From assembly GCA_027923505.1 (NCBI GenBank), contig BROI01000002.1:2666001-2730000 (forward strand): DNA of 64,000 nt. Direction: 5' to 3'. The notes under the pieces are model-generated. The model made no database searches, was not told the DNA's origin, and worked only from the letters and a program-made list of their open reading frames with translations. This DNA comes from Mayamaea pseudoterrestris (Eukaryota). Of this stretch, positions 13,300 through 25,200 are shown piece after piece (position 1 is the first letter of the stretch; each line of letters starts with the position of its first letter). A program made the position numbers and the translations under genes.

Positions 13300-14825
13300 G
13301 TTCACCGAATGGCTGCCAACGATTCCTTCACCCTCAATGTAGTCGGTTTCCAAGTTGAGCGCGGATGATCAGTCCTTACCTTGGTTTATCCTACAGGGGT
13401 CTTATCCTACAAAACGCTAGTTGATTAAGCAGTTCTCTAGAAAGTGAGTTGATTTACGATCGGTGAAAAGAGCGATTGATCAGATGGCTCTTTCAAGACC
13501 ATTCACTATAGTGAATACTAATCTTGTTTAACGTGCCTGCGGCTGGCACCATGCAATATTTCAATGACGTAGTTGTGAGTAGATGTCTTTTCGGTACCGC
13601 AAGGAGGTTCGAGTACTATGCTCGTGCGAGCCCCGGGTAGGGCTCAAGCGACTGGACTAGATCGTCATTGTGACCTCCCCCTTGTAGGTGTGCCAGGACA
13701 GGTGTAAGCTCAATGAGCTCCCTGGAGTCGGCTCCCCTTGAGGCAGTGACGGGTCCATAAGGTAGAATTCGAGTTCTCCAGGATCCAAGGTTTCGCCACG
13801 CCAGAACAGTAATGGTTTGAGTAGGGGCCATGCGTCGATGTAGGGTAGGTGTTTGGTGAGCGGTTCAGATGCGTTTTCCTTGCCGGCAATCTTGACGAAC
13901 TTGATAATTCCGGCTGCTACACAACACGGATACGGTGATATGCGAGGGCATTGTGGCGCTTGGTGAGTGTGGATGTAGGCACTGTACACTGCGTGATGAC
14001 TGATTGGTTATCACCAAGTAGCCATGAAGAGGACTCGAAGGGAACACCCATTGCCATGAGTGACCCGCGTATGCCTAGGATATGGTCGGTTGCAACGCGT
14101 CCGCTCATGAGTTCAGAGCCAAAGGTCGCGTGTTCGACGGTATCTTGAAGTTTGGCAAACCACTTGACGGAGTCTGCTGAATGAAGTGAAGGATTCCAGT
14201 GCATGCTTTGCCGGTGACTTTGCAATGCATCAGGTTGGCATCTTTGAGGGTAGTAAGGCGAACTGTCTTGCCCTTTGGTTTCGGCCAGAGGTGAAAGGAC
14301 CTCTTCCTTGGGGTTGTCGTAGACGGTTTGTTGCCAGTCATAGGTTGGTGAGTCGCCGAAGATGATTTTTTGCGTCTGCGCCACTGGCTGCCTGGCGAGG
14401 CTGCCTCTCTTGTCGGTCGGGGTGTCCAATACGAGGCTTCCGCGTCCGATCGCGATCGGCAGCGTGGTACTGTGGCATCCGGCCCCTTGAGCTTGAACTT
14501 GTTGTTGCAGAATGTCCAGAAGTGGTGTCACCAGCAACCATCCGAGCCTGACGAAGTCTTGCTTGCAGTCGAGACCCAGATAGTGCGAATCTTTTGATAG
14601 CCTTCGGGAGGCGCGGCATTCAATCCGAGATCAATGAAGGTGTATCAACAGGCTTGACAGCTCTACCTTCTCCGCCGGTCCATTTTGTATGCCGGAGTTC
14701 TTCTTGGAACTTCAGCTTCCTTTGGATCGCGTGGTACTCAGCGCGCCGAACTTGTCGTAATGCTGCGTCGTGTTTACGGTTCGGGGCGATTCGAGAATCC
14801 GCGCCTTCTTTCCTTCTCGATGGAA
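13300..14825 (-). mobile_element. Frameshifted Ty1/copia remnant (RT start, RNase H, probable PPT/LTR) at the satellite inversion point
   Basis: Minus-strand peptides TVEHATFGSEL, LLGDNQSVI, LTKRHNALAYHRIR, ENASEPLTKHLPY..PLLKPLLFWRG and FQEELRHTKWT resemble the 58-64 kb element. A purine tract AAGGGGGAG lies near 13675-13683 (-). The left boundary is approximate. Confidence 0.8.
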
Positions 14826-17800
14826 AATGATGTTGGCACTGGTGTATTACCACAGGAGCTTGCTGTAGGGGCGTTTGAATGTCACGGCATCTTGAGGCTG
14901 AGACTGGTGACAAGTTGTCACCAAATACTCCATCCCCTGAGACACCAGCCAAGCCCTACGATCTTGTAGCGCAGCCAGAATAGCGTGTTACATTCTGGTG
15001 TTTTCCTCTCTGCCTGTAGGGGCGTTTGAATGTCTCGGCATCTGCGGGCTGAGACTGGTGACAAGATTGTCACCAAATACTCCTCCCCTAGACACCAGCC
15101 AAGTCTACCATCTTGTAGCGCAGCCTGAATAATGATGTTGGCACCATTCTACTACCCAGTGTATTTTGGGCACCTACAGGGCTTGCTGTAGGGTGTTTGA
15201 ATATCACGGCATCTGCGCTGAGACTGGTGATAGAGTTGTCACCAAATACTGCCATCCCCTGAGACACCAGCCAGCCTACCATCTTGTAGCGCAGCCTGAA
15301 TAATGATGTTGGCACCCTTCTGGTGTATTTGGGGTACCTACAGGGCTTGCTGGCAGGGGCGTTTGAATCCCGGCATCTGCAGGCTGAGACTGGTCTGAGA
15401 TTGTCACAAAATACATTGCCATCCCTGAGTCACCAGCCAAGCCTACCATCTTGTGGCAGAGAAGCCTGAATAATGATGTTGGCACCATTCATGGTGTATT
15501 TAGGGCACCTACAGGGCTTGCTGTAAGGAGGCGTTTGAATCGGCATCTGCGGGCTTTCAGACTGGTGACAAGTTGTCACCAAACTCATTTCCATCCCATG
15601 AGACACCAGTAAGCCTACCATCTTGTAGCGCAGCCGGAATAATGATGTTGGCACCATTCTGGTATATTTTGAGCTACCACAGGGCTTGCTGTGGGGGGTG
15701 TTTGAATGTCAGCATCTGCGCTGAGACTGGTGACAAGTTGTCACCAAATACATTGCCATCTGAGACACCAGCCAATACCCATCTTGTAGCGCAGCTGAAT
15801 AATGATGTTGGCACCCTTCTGGTGTGTTGCGGGGTACCTAGGGCTTGCTGTAGGCGTTTGAATGTCCCGGCATCTGCGGGCTGGAACTGAGTGACAAGTT
15901 GTCACCAAAATACATTGCCATCCCCTGAGTCACCAGAAGCCTACCATCTTGTAGCGAAGCCTGAATAATGATGTTCGCACCATTCTGGTGTTTAGGGCAC
16001 CTACAGGGCTTGCTGTAGGGGCGTTTGAACCCGGCATCTGCTTAGGACTGGTGACAAGTTGTCACCAAATACATTGCCATCCCCTGAGTCACCAGCCAGG
16101 CCTACCATCTTGTAGCGAAGCCTGAATAATGATGTTGGCACCATTCTGGTGTATTTAGAGCACCTACAGGGCTTGCTGTAGGGGCGTTTGAATGTCATGG
16201 CATCTGGCTGAGAGTGGTGACAAGTTGTCACCAAATACTCCATCCCTAGACACCAGCCAAACTGCAGATCTTGTATCGCTGCCTGTATAATGATGCTGGC
16301 ACCATTCACAGTATATTTTGGGGCACCTACAGGGCTTGCTGTGAGCATTTTGAATGTCATGGCATCTGCGGGCTGAGACTGGTGACAAGTTGTCACCAAA
16401 TGTGCCATCCCCTGAGACACCAGCCAAGCACTACGATCTTGTAGCGAAGCCTGAATGATGTTGGCACCATTCTGGTGTATTTAGGGCACCTACAGGGCCT
16501 GTAGGGGCGTTTGAATGTCCCGGCATCTGCAGGCTGAGACTAGTGACAAGTTGTCACCAAATACATTTACTTCATCCCCTGAGTCACCAGCCAGGCCTAC
16601 GCCATCTTGTGGCAAGGCTGGAATAATGATGTTGGCACCATTTGGTTATTTAGAGCACCTACAGGGCTTGCTGTAGGGACGTTTATGTCATGGCATCTGC
16701 GGGCTGAGACTGAGTGACAAGTTGTCACCAAATACATGTACCATCCCCTGAGACACCAGCCAAGCCTACCATCTTGTATTGCTGCCTGTATAATGATGTT
16801 GGCACCCTTCTGCGTGTATTTTGCAGGGTACAGGAGGGCTTGCTGTAGGGGTGTTTGAATGTCACGGCATCTGCGGGCTGGGCCTGGTGACAAGTTGTCA
16901 CAAATACGTCTGCCATCCCCTGAGACACCAGCCAAGCCTACGATCTTGTAGCGCAGCTGGAATAATGATGTTGGCACCATTCTGGTGTATTTTGGGCCCC
17001 TACAGGGCTTGCTATAGGGGGTGTGTGATCCCAAAATCTGGTATTTGAAGTGACAGTTGTGCCAAACATTCCATCAGGAACATAATAACCTACACATCTT
17101 TAGCGCTTCAGAACAATGATATTGGCACCATTCTCTGATGTTTTGTTTAGGGCTTGCTGTGCAGGCGGTTTTGAATATCATATCCTGAGCTGAGACTGGT
17201 GACAAGTTGTCACCAAATACATTGCCATCCCCATGAGACACCAGCCAATCCTCATTTCATGTAGCCAGAATATGTTGGCGCCGTTGTACCTACAGCTTGC
17301 TGTAGGGGCGTTTGAATAATCACGGCATCTACGCTGAACTGGTGACAAGTTGTCACCAAATGTCCATCCCCTGAGACACCAGCCAAGCCTACCATCTTGT
17401 AGAGCAGCCTGAATAATGATGTTGGCACCCTTCTGCTGTATTTGGGGTACCTACAGGGCTTGCTGTGGGGGGCGTTTGAATGTCGAGCATCTGCAGGGGC
17501 TGAGACTGGTGACAAGTTGTCACCAAATACTCCATCCCCTGAGTCACCAGCCAAGCCTACCATCTTGGCAAGCCGGAATAATGATGTTGGCCATTCTGGT
17601 GTATTTAGGGCACCTACAGGAGCTTGCTGTAGGGGCGTTTGAATGTCATGGCATCTGCGGGCTGAGACTGAGTACAAGTTGTCACCAAATACATTGCCAT
17701 CCCCTGAGTCACCAGCCAAGCCTACCATCTTGTGGCAGTCAGAATAATGATGTTGGCACCATTCTGGTGTATTTAGGGCACCTACAGGAGCTTGCTGTAG

Positions 17801-20800
17801 AGGCGTTTAGATGTCGGCATCTGCAGGCTGGGGGCTAGTGACAAGTTGTCACCAAATACATTGCCATCCCCTGAAAAACCAGCCAAGCCTACCATCTATT
17901 GGCGCAGCCGGAATAATGATGTTGTGCCATTCTGTGGTGTATTTTGGGCACCCTACAGGGCTTGCTGTAGGGGCGTTTGAATGTCACGGCATCTGCCGGG
18001 CTGAACTGGTGACAAGTTGTCACCAGATACGTTCTGAGACACCAGCCAAGCCTACCATCTTGTAGCGCAGCCTGGTCTGTATGATGTTGGCACCATTCTG
18101 GTGTATTTCGGGCCCCTACAGGGCTTGCTGTAGGGGTGTTTGGGCCCGGCATCACTGCGGGCTGAGACTGGTGACAAGTTGTCACCAAACACATTTCTGA
18201 GACACTAGCCAAGCCTACCATCTTGTAGGGCAGCCTGAATAATGATGTTAGCACCATTCTGAGTGTATTTGAATCTTCCAGAACTTGCTGTAAGGGGCGT
18301 TTAAGATATATCTGTGAATACATTGCCATCCCCTGAGACACCAATGGCTATCTTGTGGCGCAGCCAGAATAATGATGTTTGGCACCTTCTGGGTGTATTT
18401 AGGGTACCTAGGGCTTGCTGTAGGGAGCGTTTGAATGTCCCGGCATCTGCAGGCTGAGACTGGTGACAAGTTGTCACCAAATACATTCTCACCAGCCAAG
18501 CCCTACCATCTTGTAGCGAAGCCGGAATAATGATGTTGGCACCATTCTGGTATTTAGGGCACCTACAGGAGCTTGCTCAAGGCGTTTGAAATGTTACAGC
18601 ATCTGCGGGCTGAGACTGGTGACAAGTTGTCACAAATACGTACCATCCCCTGAGACACCAGCCAAGCCTACCATCTTGTAGCGCAGCCAGAACAATAATG
18701 TTGGCACCATTCTGGTGTATTTGGGCACCTACAGGGCTTGCTGGCAGGGGCGTTTGAATGTCGGCATCTGCGGGCTGAGACTGGTGACAAGTTGTCACCA
18801 AATACATTGCCGTCCCCTGAGACACCAGCCAAGCCTACCATCTTGTAGCGCAGCCTGAATAATGATGTTGGAACCATTCTGGTGTATTTTGGGCCCCTAC
18901 AGGGCTTGCTGTAGGGGTGTTAGAATGTCCCGGCATCTGCGGGCTGAGACTGGTGACAAGTTGTCACCAAATACATTGCCATCCCCTGAGACACCAGCAA
19001 AGCCTACCATCTTGTAGAGCAGCCTGAATAATGATGTTGGCACCATTTTGGTGTATTTTGGGCACCTACAGGGCTTGCTGTAGGGGCGTTTGAATGTCCC
19101 GGCATCTGCGGGCTGAGACTGGTGACAAGTTGTCACCAAATACATTGCCATCCCCTGAAAAACCAGCCAAGCCTACCATCTAGTAGCGCAGCCCGAATAT
19201 TGATGTTGGCACCATTCTGGTATAATTTAGGCTCCTACAGGGCTTGCTGTAGGGGCGTTTGAATGTCACGGCATCTGCAGGCTGAGACTGGTGACAAGTT
19301 GTCACCAAATACATTGCCATCCCCTGAGACACCAGCCGAGCCTACCATCTTGTAGTGCAGCCTTAATAATGAATGTTGGCACCATTCTGGTGTATTTTGG
19401 GCACCTACAGGGCTTGCTGTAGGGGCGTTTGAATGTCACGGCATCTGCGGGCTGAGACTGGTGACAAGTTGTCACCAAATACATTGCCATCCCCTGAGAC
19501 ACCAGCCAAGCCTACCATCTTGTAGCGCAGCCTGAATAATGATGTTGGCACCATTCTGGTGTATTTTAGGCACCTACAGGGCTTGCTGTAGGGGCGTTTG
19601 AATGTCATGGCATCTGCGGGCTGAGACTGGTGACAACTTGTCACCAATCTCATTGCAGTCTACTAAGACACCAGCCAGGCAAACCATCTTGTAGCGCAGA
19701 TGGAATAATGATGTTGGCACCATTCTGGTGTATTTTAGGCGCCTACAGGGCTTGCTGTAGGGGCGTTTGAATGTCACGGCATCTGCGGCTGAGACTGGTG
19801 ACAAGTTGTCACCAAATACATTGCCATCCCCTGAGACACCAACCAAGCCTACCATTTCGTAGCGCAGCCAGAATAATGATGCTGGCACTTTTGGTGTATT
19901 TTAGGCACCTACAGGGCTTGCTGTAGGGGCGTTTGAATGCCACGGCATCTGCGGCTGAGACTTGTGACAAGTTGTCACCAAATACATTGCCATCCCCTGA
20001 GACACCAGCAAAGCCTACCATCTTGTAGAGCAGCCTAAATAATGATGTTGGCACCATTCTGGTGTATTTTGGGCACCTACAGGGCTTGCTGTAGGGGCGT
20101 TTGAATGTCATGGCATCTGCAGGCTGAGACTGGTGACAACTTGTCACCAATCTCATTGCAGTCTACTAAGACACCAGCCAGGCAAACCATCTTGTAGCGC
20201 AGAGGGAATAATGATGTTGGCACTTTGGGTGTATTTTAGGCGCCTACAGGGCTTGCTGTAGGGGCGTTTGAATGTCACGGCATCTGCGGGCTGAGACTGG
20301 TGACAAGTTGTCACCAAATACATTGCCATCCCCTGAAAAACCAGCCAAGCCTACCATCTAGTAGCGCAGCCCGAATATTGATGTTGGCACCATTCTGGTA
20401 TATTTTAGGCTCCTACAGGGCTTGCTGTAGGGGCGTTTGAATGTCACGGCATCTGCAGGCTGAGACTGGTGACAACTTGTCACCAATCTCATTGCAGTCT
20501 ACTAAGACACCAGCCAGGCAAACCATCTTGTAGCGCAGATAGAATAATGATGTTGGCACTTTGGGTGTATTTTAGGCGCCTACAGGGCTTTCTGTAGGGG
20601 CGTTTGAATGTCACGGCATCTGCGGGCTGAGACTGGTGACAAGTTGTCACCAAATACATTACCATCCCCTGAAAAACCAGCCAAGCCTACCATCTAGTAG
20701 CGCAGCCAGAATAATGATGTTGGCACCATTCTGGTATATTTTAGGCTCCTACAGGGCTTGCTGTAGGGGCGTTTGAATGCCACGGCATCTGCGCTGAGAC

Positions 20801-21733
20801 TGGTGACAGAGTTGTCACCGTACGGCTACCATCCTGAACCAGCCAAGCCTACCATCACGCATGGCCGGGTATTGATGTTGGCACATTGCGGGTATATTTT
20901 AGGGGCGCCTCTTCTTGCTGTAGGGGCGTTTGAATGTCACGGCATCTGCGGGCTGAGACTGGTGACAAGTTGTCACCAAATACATTGCCATCCCCTGAAA
21001 AACCAGCCAAGCCTACCATCTAGTAGCGCAGCCCGAATATTGATGTTGGCACCATTCTGGTATATTTTAGGCTCCTACAGGGCTTGCTGTAGGGGCGTTT
21101 GAATGTCACGGCATCTGCAGGCTGAGACTGGTGACAAGTTGTCACCAAATACATTGCCATCCCCTGAGACACCAGCCGAGCCTACCATCTTGTAGTGCAG
21201 CCTGAATAATGAATGTTGGCACCATTCTGGTGTATTTTGGGCACCTACAGGGCTTGCTGTAGGGGCGTTTGAATGTCACGGCATCTGCGGCTGAGACTGG
21301 TGACAAGTTGTCACCAAATACATTTCCATCCCCTGAGACACCAGCCAAGCCTACTATCTTGTAGCGCAGCCTGAATAATGATGTTGGCACCATTCTGGTG
21401 TATTACAGCACCTACAGGAGCTTGCTGTAGGAGCGTTTGAATCCACGGCATCTGTGGAGGCTGAGACTCGTCACTAGTTGTCACCAAATACATTGCCATC
21501 CCCTGAGACACAAGCCAAGCCTGCCTATTTGTAGCGCAGCCTGAATAATGATGTTGGCACCATTCTGGTGTATTTTGGGCACCTACAGGGCTTGCTGTAG
21601 GGGCGTTTGAATGTCATGGCATCTGCGGGCTGAGACTGGTTACAACTTGTCACCAATCTCATTGCAGTCTACTAAGACACCAGCCAGGCAAACCATCTTG
21701 TAGCGCAGATGGAATAATGATGTTGGCACTTTG
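14826..21733 (-). repeat. Satellite B, reverse-orientation array, about 40 copies
   Basis: Reverse complement of the 169-bp unit (CTGAGACTGGTGACAAGTTGTCACCAAATACATTGCCATCCCCTGAGAC). Indel-rich to about 18.6 kb and cleaner afterwards. Ends abruptly at the LTR. Confidence 0.96.
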
Positions 21734-22062
21734 TGACACAATATTATTGAGTTGAGTTGACCTGCGTCTCATGACAAGACGGTTAGCTACCTGTGTTTTG
21801 TATGCATTTAATCCTGTGCAGGGTTGAGTCACACTTGTGACCGAATCCTCACATACATGAGTGAAATCGCTGACGATCGAGGCGTGAACCTCGACCGTGA
21901 ACCCAGTGAGAACGAGAAAGAAGCGCACGAGTAGAGTAGCGAGTAACATGCACTATTCTAGCAATTGAGTTTGTTTGTTTGCTTTACGCTGGACGAAGAG
22001 GTTGATCGCTCCGAGTCCATTGTAGTCGCTGGAATAAAGGTTCGTCTGATATTATCGTGTCA
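21734..22062 (+). repeat. 5' LTR (329 bp)
   Basis: Runs TGACACAATATT to TTATCGTGTCA. I see two substitutions relative to the 3' LTR. Confidence 0.95.
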
Positions 22063-22077
22063 GATTAACAGTCTTGC
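22063..22077 (+). promoter_or_regulatory. Putative primer-binding site complementary to the tRNA-Asn(GUU) anticodon arm
   Basis: GATTAACAGTCTTGC directly follows the LTR. Its reverse complement GCAAGA-CTGTTAA-TC contains the Asn anticodon loop CUGUUAA. Confidence 0.65.
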
Positions 22078-22247
22078 TAGCTTGTCTTGACCTGAGAGAG
22101 CTGTGCGAAAGAGAGAGTGAAAGATCATTGAGAGCGAGAGAGACAAGACAGATTCCTTGCGGCGTCGTCAATCCGAATACTGGCACAAGAGAACAGGTCG
22201 TTTGGCTGACGCAGAGCGGTTGAAACTGGTGAAGGCTTGTCACTATC

Positions 22248-25200
22248 ATGGTTGCTGTCCCCAGACAGCTCGCATCAAAAGCGTTCTTGTTTTTGGAATG
22301 TAACCACCACGACCCAGATGTTGAGATTGACCAAGGAGCAAGAAGCCCCCTCCGCACAGCCCCCATCCCAGCTGGCGTTGAGCAAAGAAAGGCGCAGATG
22401 CGCCGACACGAGCCGGCCAAGAACCCGGCCGAAGAACAAGAAGCCGCCGTCCCAGAACGTCTGCGACATTAGCACCAGTCTCGTGAACCTTATCCTCGAT
22501 GCATGCGAATGGTTTAACATGCACGACGGACCCCCGAACACCAGGAAGTGGGCGTTGCTTGATTTAGGCAAAAGCGATTCCAGCAGAGACTCGCCGAACA
22601 AGAAGTCCGCGAGCGTGGAAGAAGGATACGTATGCTCGAGGCCAAGAAGAAGCAAGCCGAGCTACTTGCCAAGCACTCGAAAATGAGACCATCAAGGCTG
22701 AGAAGGCCGAAAAGGAAGAAGATGCCGCGGGTCTTCTCGAACCTCAAGACGAAACGAGACTACAAGGACTACAAAACGTTCAACATCCCCACGCGTGGTT
22801 GAGTTGGCCGCGTCTACCAAGGCAATCGCCAAGCTCCATGGCTGTTCTAACGTGCTTTCGACAGCAAGTACGTACCAGTCACGAAGAAGAGAAAAGAGTT
22901 CGAGAATCAGCAAGTCTTCATGTACACTGCGTTCCGCATTGTCTCGAAGTCCCTGGACACCAGTCGCTCCCTGATGAAGTACGGCGACAAGTCTGACGCT
23001 CAAAGCGTCTATCGTGAACTCGCGACCAAGTTTGGTTCCGGCAGTTAGCTACCCCACCAGGCGAACTGCAGGCCAAGCTGCGCGATTCGCCTTCGACCTG
23101 GACAAAAGGACACTACAAGTTCCTAAACTACATCGAACAGCTGCGAAGAATCTCGAAGAGTTCCGTCCTGGAGTGACGGATTGACAAGAAGAAGTACTAC
23201 TGGCTTCGAGCGCTGCGGAGGGTGACGAAGAACGCGCTAAAACGTGCCAGACTGATCGGAACAACGCATCATGGTGCAAAACTCCAGAGGCGGCCGCGCG
23301 AGATTTTGATTTTGACTATCTTTTCGACATGTTGTCGCAGCAGGCTTTGGTTCGCCCAACAAGAACGCCAAGGTTGAACAAGGGCAAGAAGAACGCCGAC
23401 CCCAAGCGAACAACGCGAACACTTCGGAGGCAGGGGACGGTGTAATGGACGCTCCCGGACGAGACGGCGGTGGCGAGACTGTGGACGTGGCACCCAATCG
23501 GGCCGCGGTTCCGGAGGACGAGGCTCGTCCGCGCCAGTACCAGCAGCCGACGCGCCAAGCGCATCGGAGACGATTCCCTGGCGGATTATCTGAACTTTGA
23601 ACAGTTGTTACAGAACCCCTGGTCGTCATGTCGTACGAACGACTCGGCCGACTTAACGAGGACGAATACGCTCAGCTCATGGCTCGACGCGAAGCCGTCC
23701 CAAGACCCGCCACAACAAGACGCGCGAACAACGGCAACCGCGCGAATAACCAGCAGTCACAAGCGGCTGCCTCGGTGCCTGGTACAATCCTGTATCAGAA
23801 TGACGCTGTCTCGATCGCCCCGACGACAGCCACTCAAGGTGCACCGGATGACATGATTAGATCTTTCCTTGCGAACGCCGCGTCGTCTCGCACTCAAGCT
23901 GCGAATAACACCCAGCAAGAGTTTATGGGAAGCGACGGCCGTCGGTACCGCGCAATGGTATCGGTGCGCTACACTGTGAATCGAGCTCGCAGCAACGAGA
24001 CCCGCCAAGGATCGCTGATTGACGGCGGTGCGAACGGTGGACTCGCTGGAAGCGATATGAGAATCTTGAGTACTACCAACCACACGTGTAACGTGACAGG
24101 TTTGAGCGACCACACGGTTCGCGACCTCCAAGTCGGAACTGGCGTCGCATTGATTGAGACTCGGACTGGACCCATTATCGGTCAGTTCAACCAGTATGCT
24201 TTGTACGACGGTGCTGAATCCATTCATGCACCATCGCAGCTTCGTTCGTTCGGCCATCTGATCGACGACGTTGCTCGCTCCCAGAATGGAACACAAGCCA
24301 TTGTCACCAGTTGTGGCAAGACCATCCCCTTGGCGATCCGCGACGGTTTGCCTCGAATGGATATGCGTCCACCGACGGACGCAGAGTTGGAAATGTATCC
24401 GACGGTCATTTTCTCTGCGGACACCCTTTGGGATCCGGCGGACTTGGACAATGAATGGAACGAAGAAGAACTTGAGTTTAATCGTCACCTCGACGAATTG
24501 GAAGAAACCCACGGTTTCGTCGACGCCCGCATGGATGACTTCGGCGACGCCACCTACCGGAACAACATGAATTCAGTGGAACGTGTGGTGCAGTATGTCG
24601 ATCGCAATCAGGCTGATACGACGCGCCAAGCCAATGCACGACGCATAATGCCACGCGAACCCCACTACCAAGCGCTTCCCCCCTACCTTGGCTACACGCC
24701 AATCGAACGAGTCAAGCGCACCATTAAGAATACGACACAGCTTTTCCGTGCATCGGCACACACCCCATTTCGCCAACACTTTAAGTCGCGATTCCCTGCC
24801 GCCAATGTGGTTCGTTTCCATGACGATACGGCGACAGATACCTGGTTTTCCAAGGAAGCCGCCTTTAACGACGGAATCCGCGGCCATGGCGGATGCAAGA
24901 TGATGCAACTGTTCGTCGGCAAGAAGAGTCTGCTGACGAGGGGATACCCACTGAGAACCGAGAGTGACATGCCCATGGCGCTCGAAGACTTCATTCGAGA
25001 CATTGGCGCTCCCGACTTGCTCATTAGCGATAACTCGCGAGTGCAGCTCGGGAAGCAAGTTGAAACCTTGTTGCGATTCTACGCGATTCGTGACCAACAG
25101 AGCGAGCCCGGATACCAGAACCAGAACCCTGCCGAGCGTCGCATCCAAGAAGTCAAGTCATCAGTCCAGAACATCATGAACCGTACGGGCGCACCCGCTG

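Noticed and set aside
14826..18600. Indel-rich monomers as an ancient diverged satellite layer
   Set aside because: The scattered 1-2 bp indels look like low-coverage long-read error and cannot be judged without reads.
7056..21511. Many repetitive ORFs in satellite B
   Set aside because: 169 is not a multiple of 3, so these are frame-cycling by-products of the repeat.
6555..21733. CRISPR array suggested by the palindromic repeat
   Set aside because: The intervening sequence is also repeated, there are no unique spacers or cas genes, and the context is eukaryotic.
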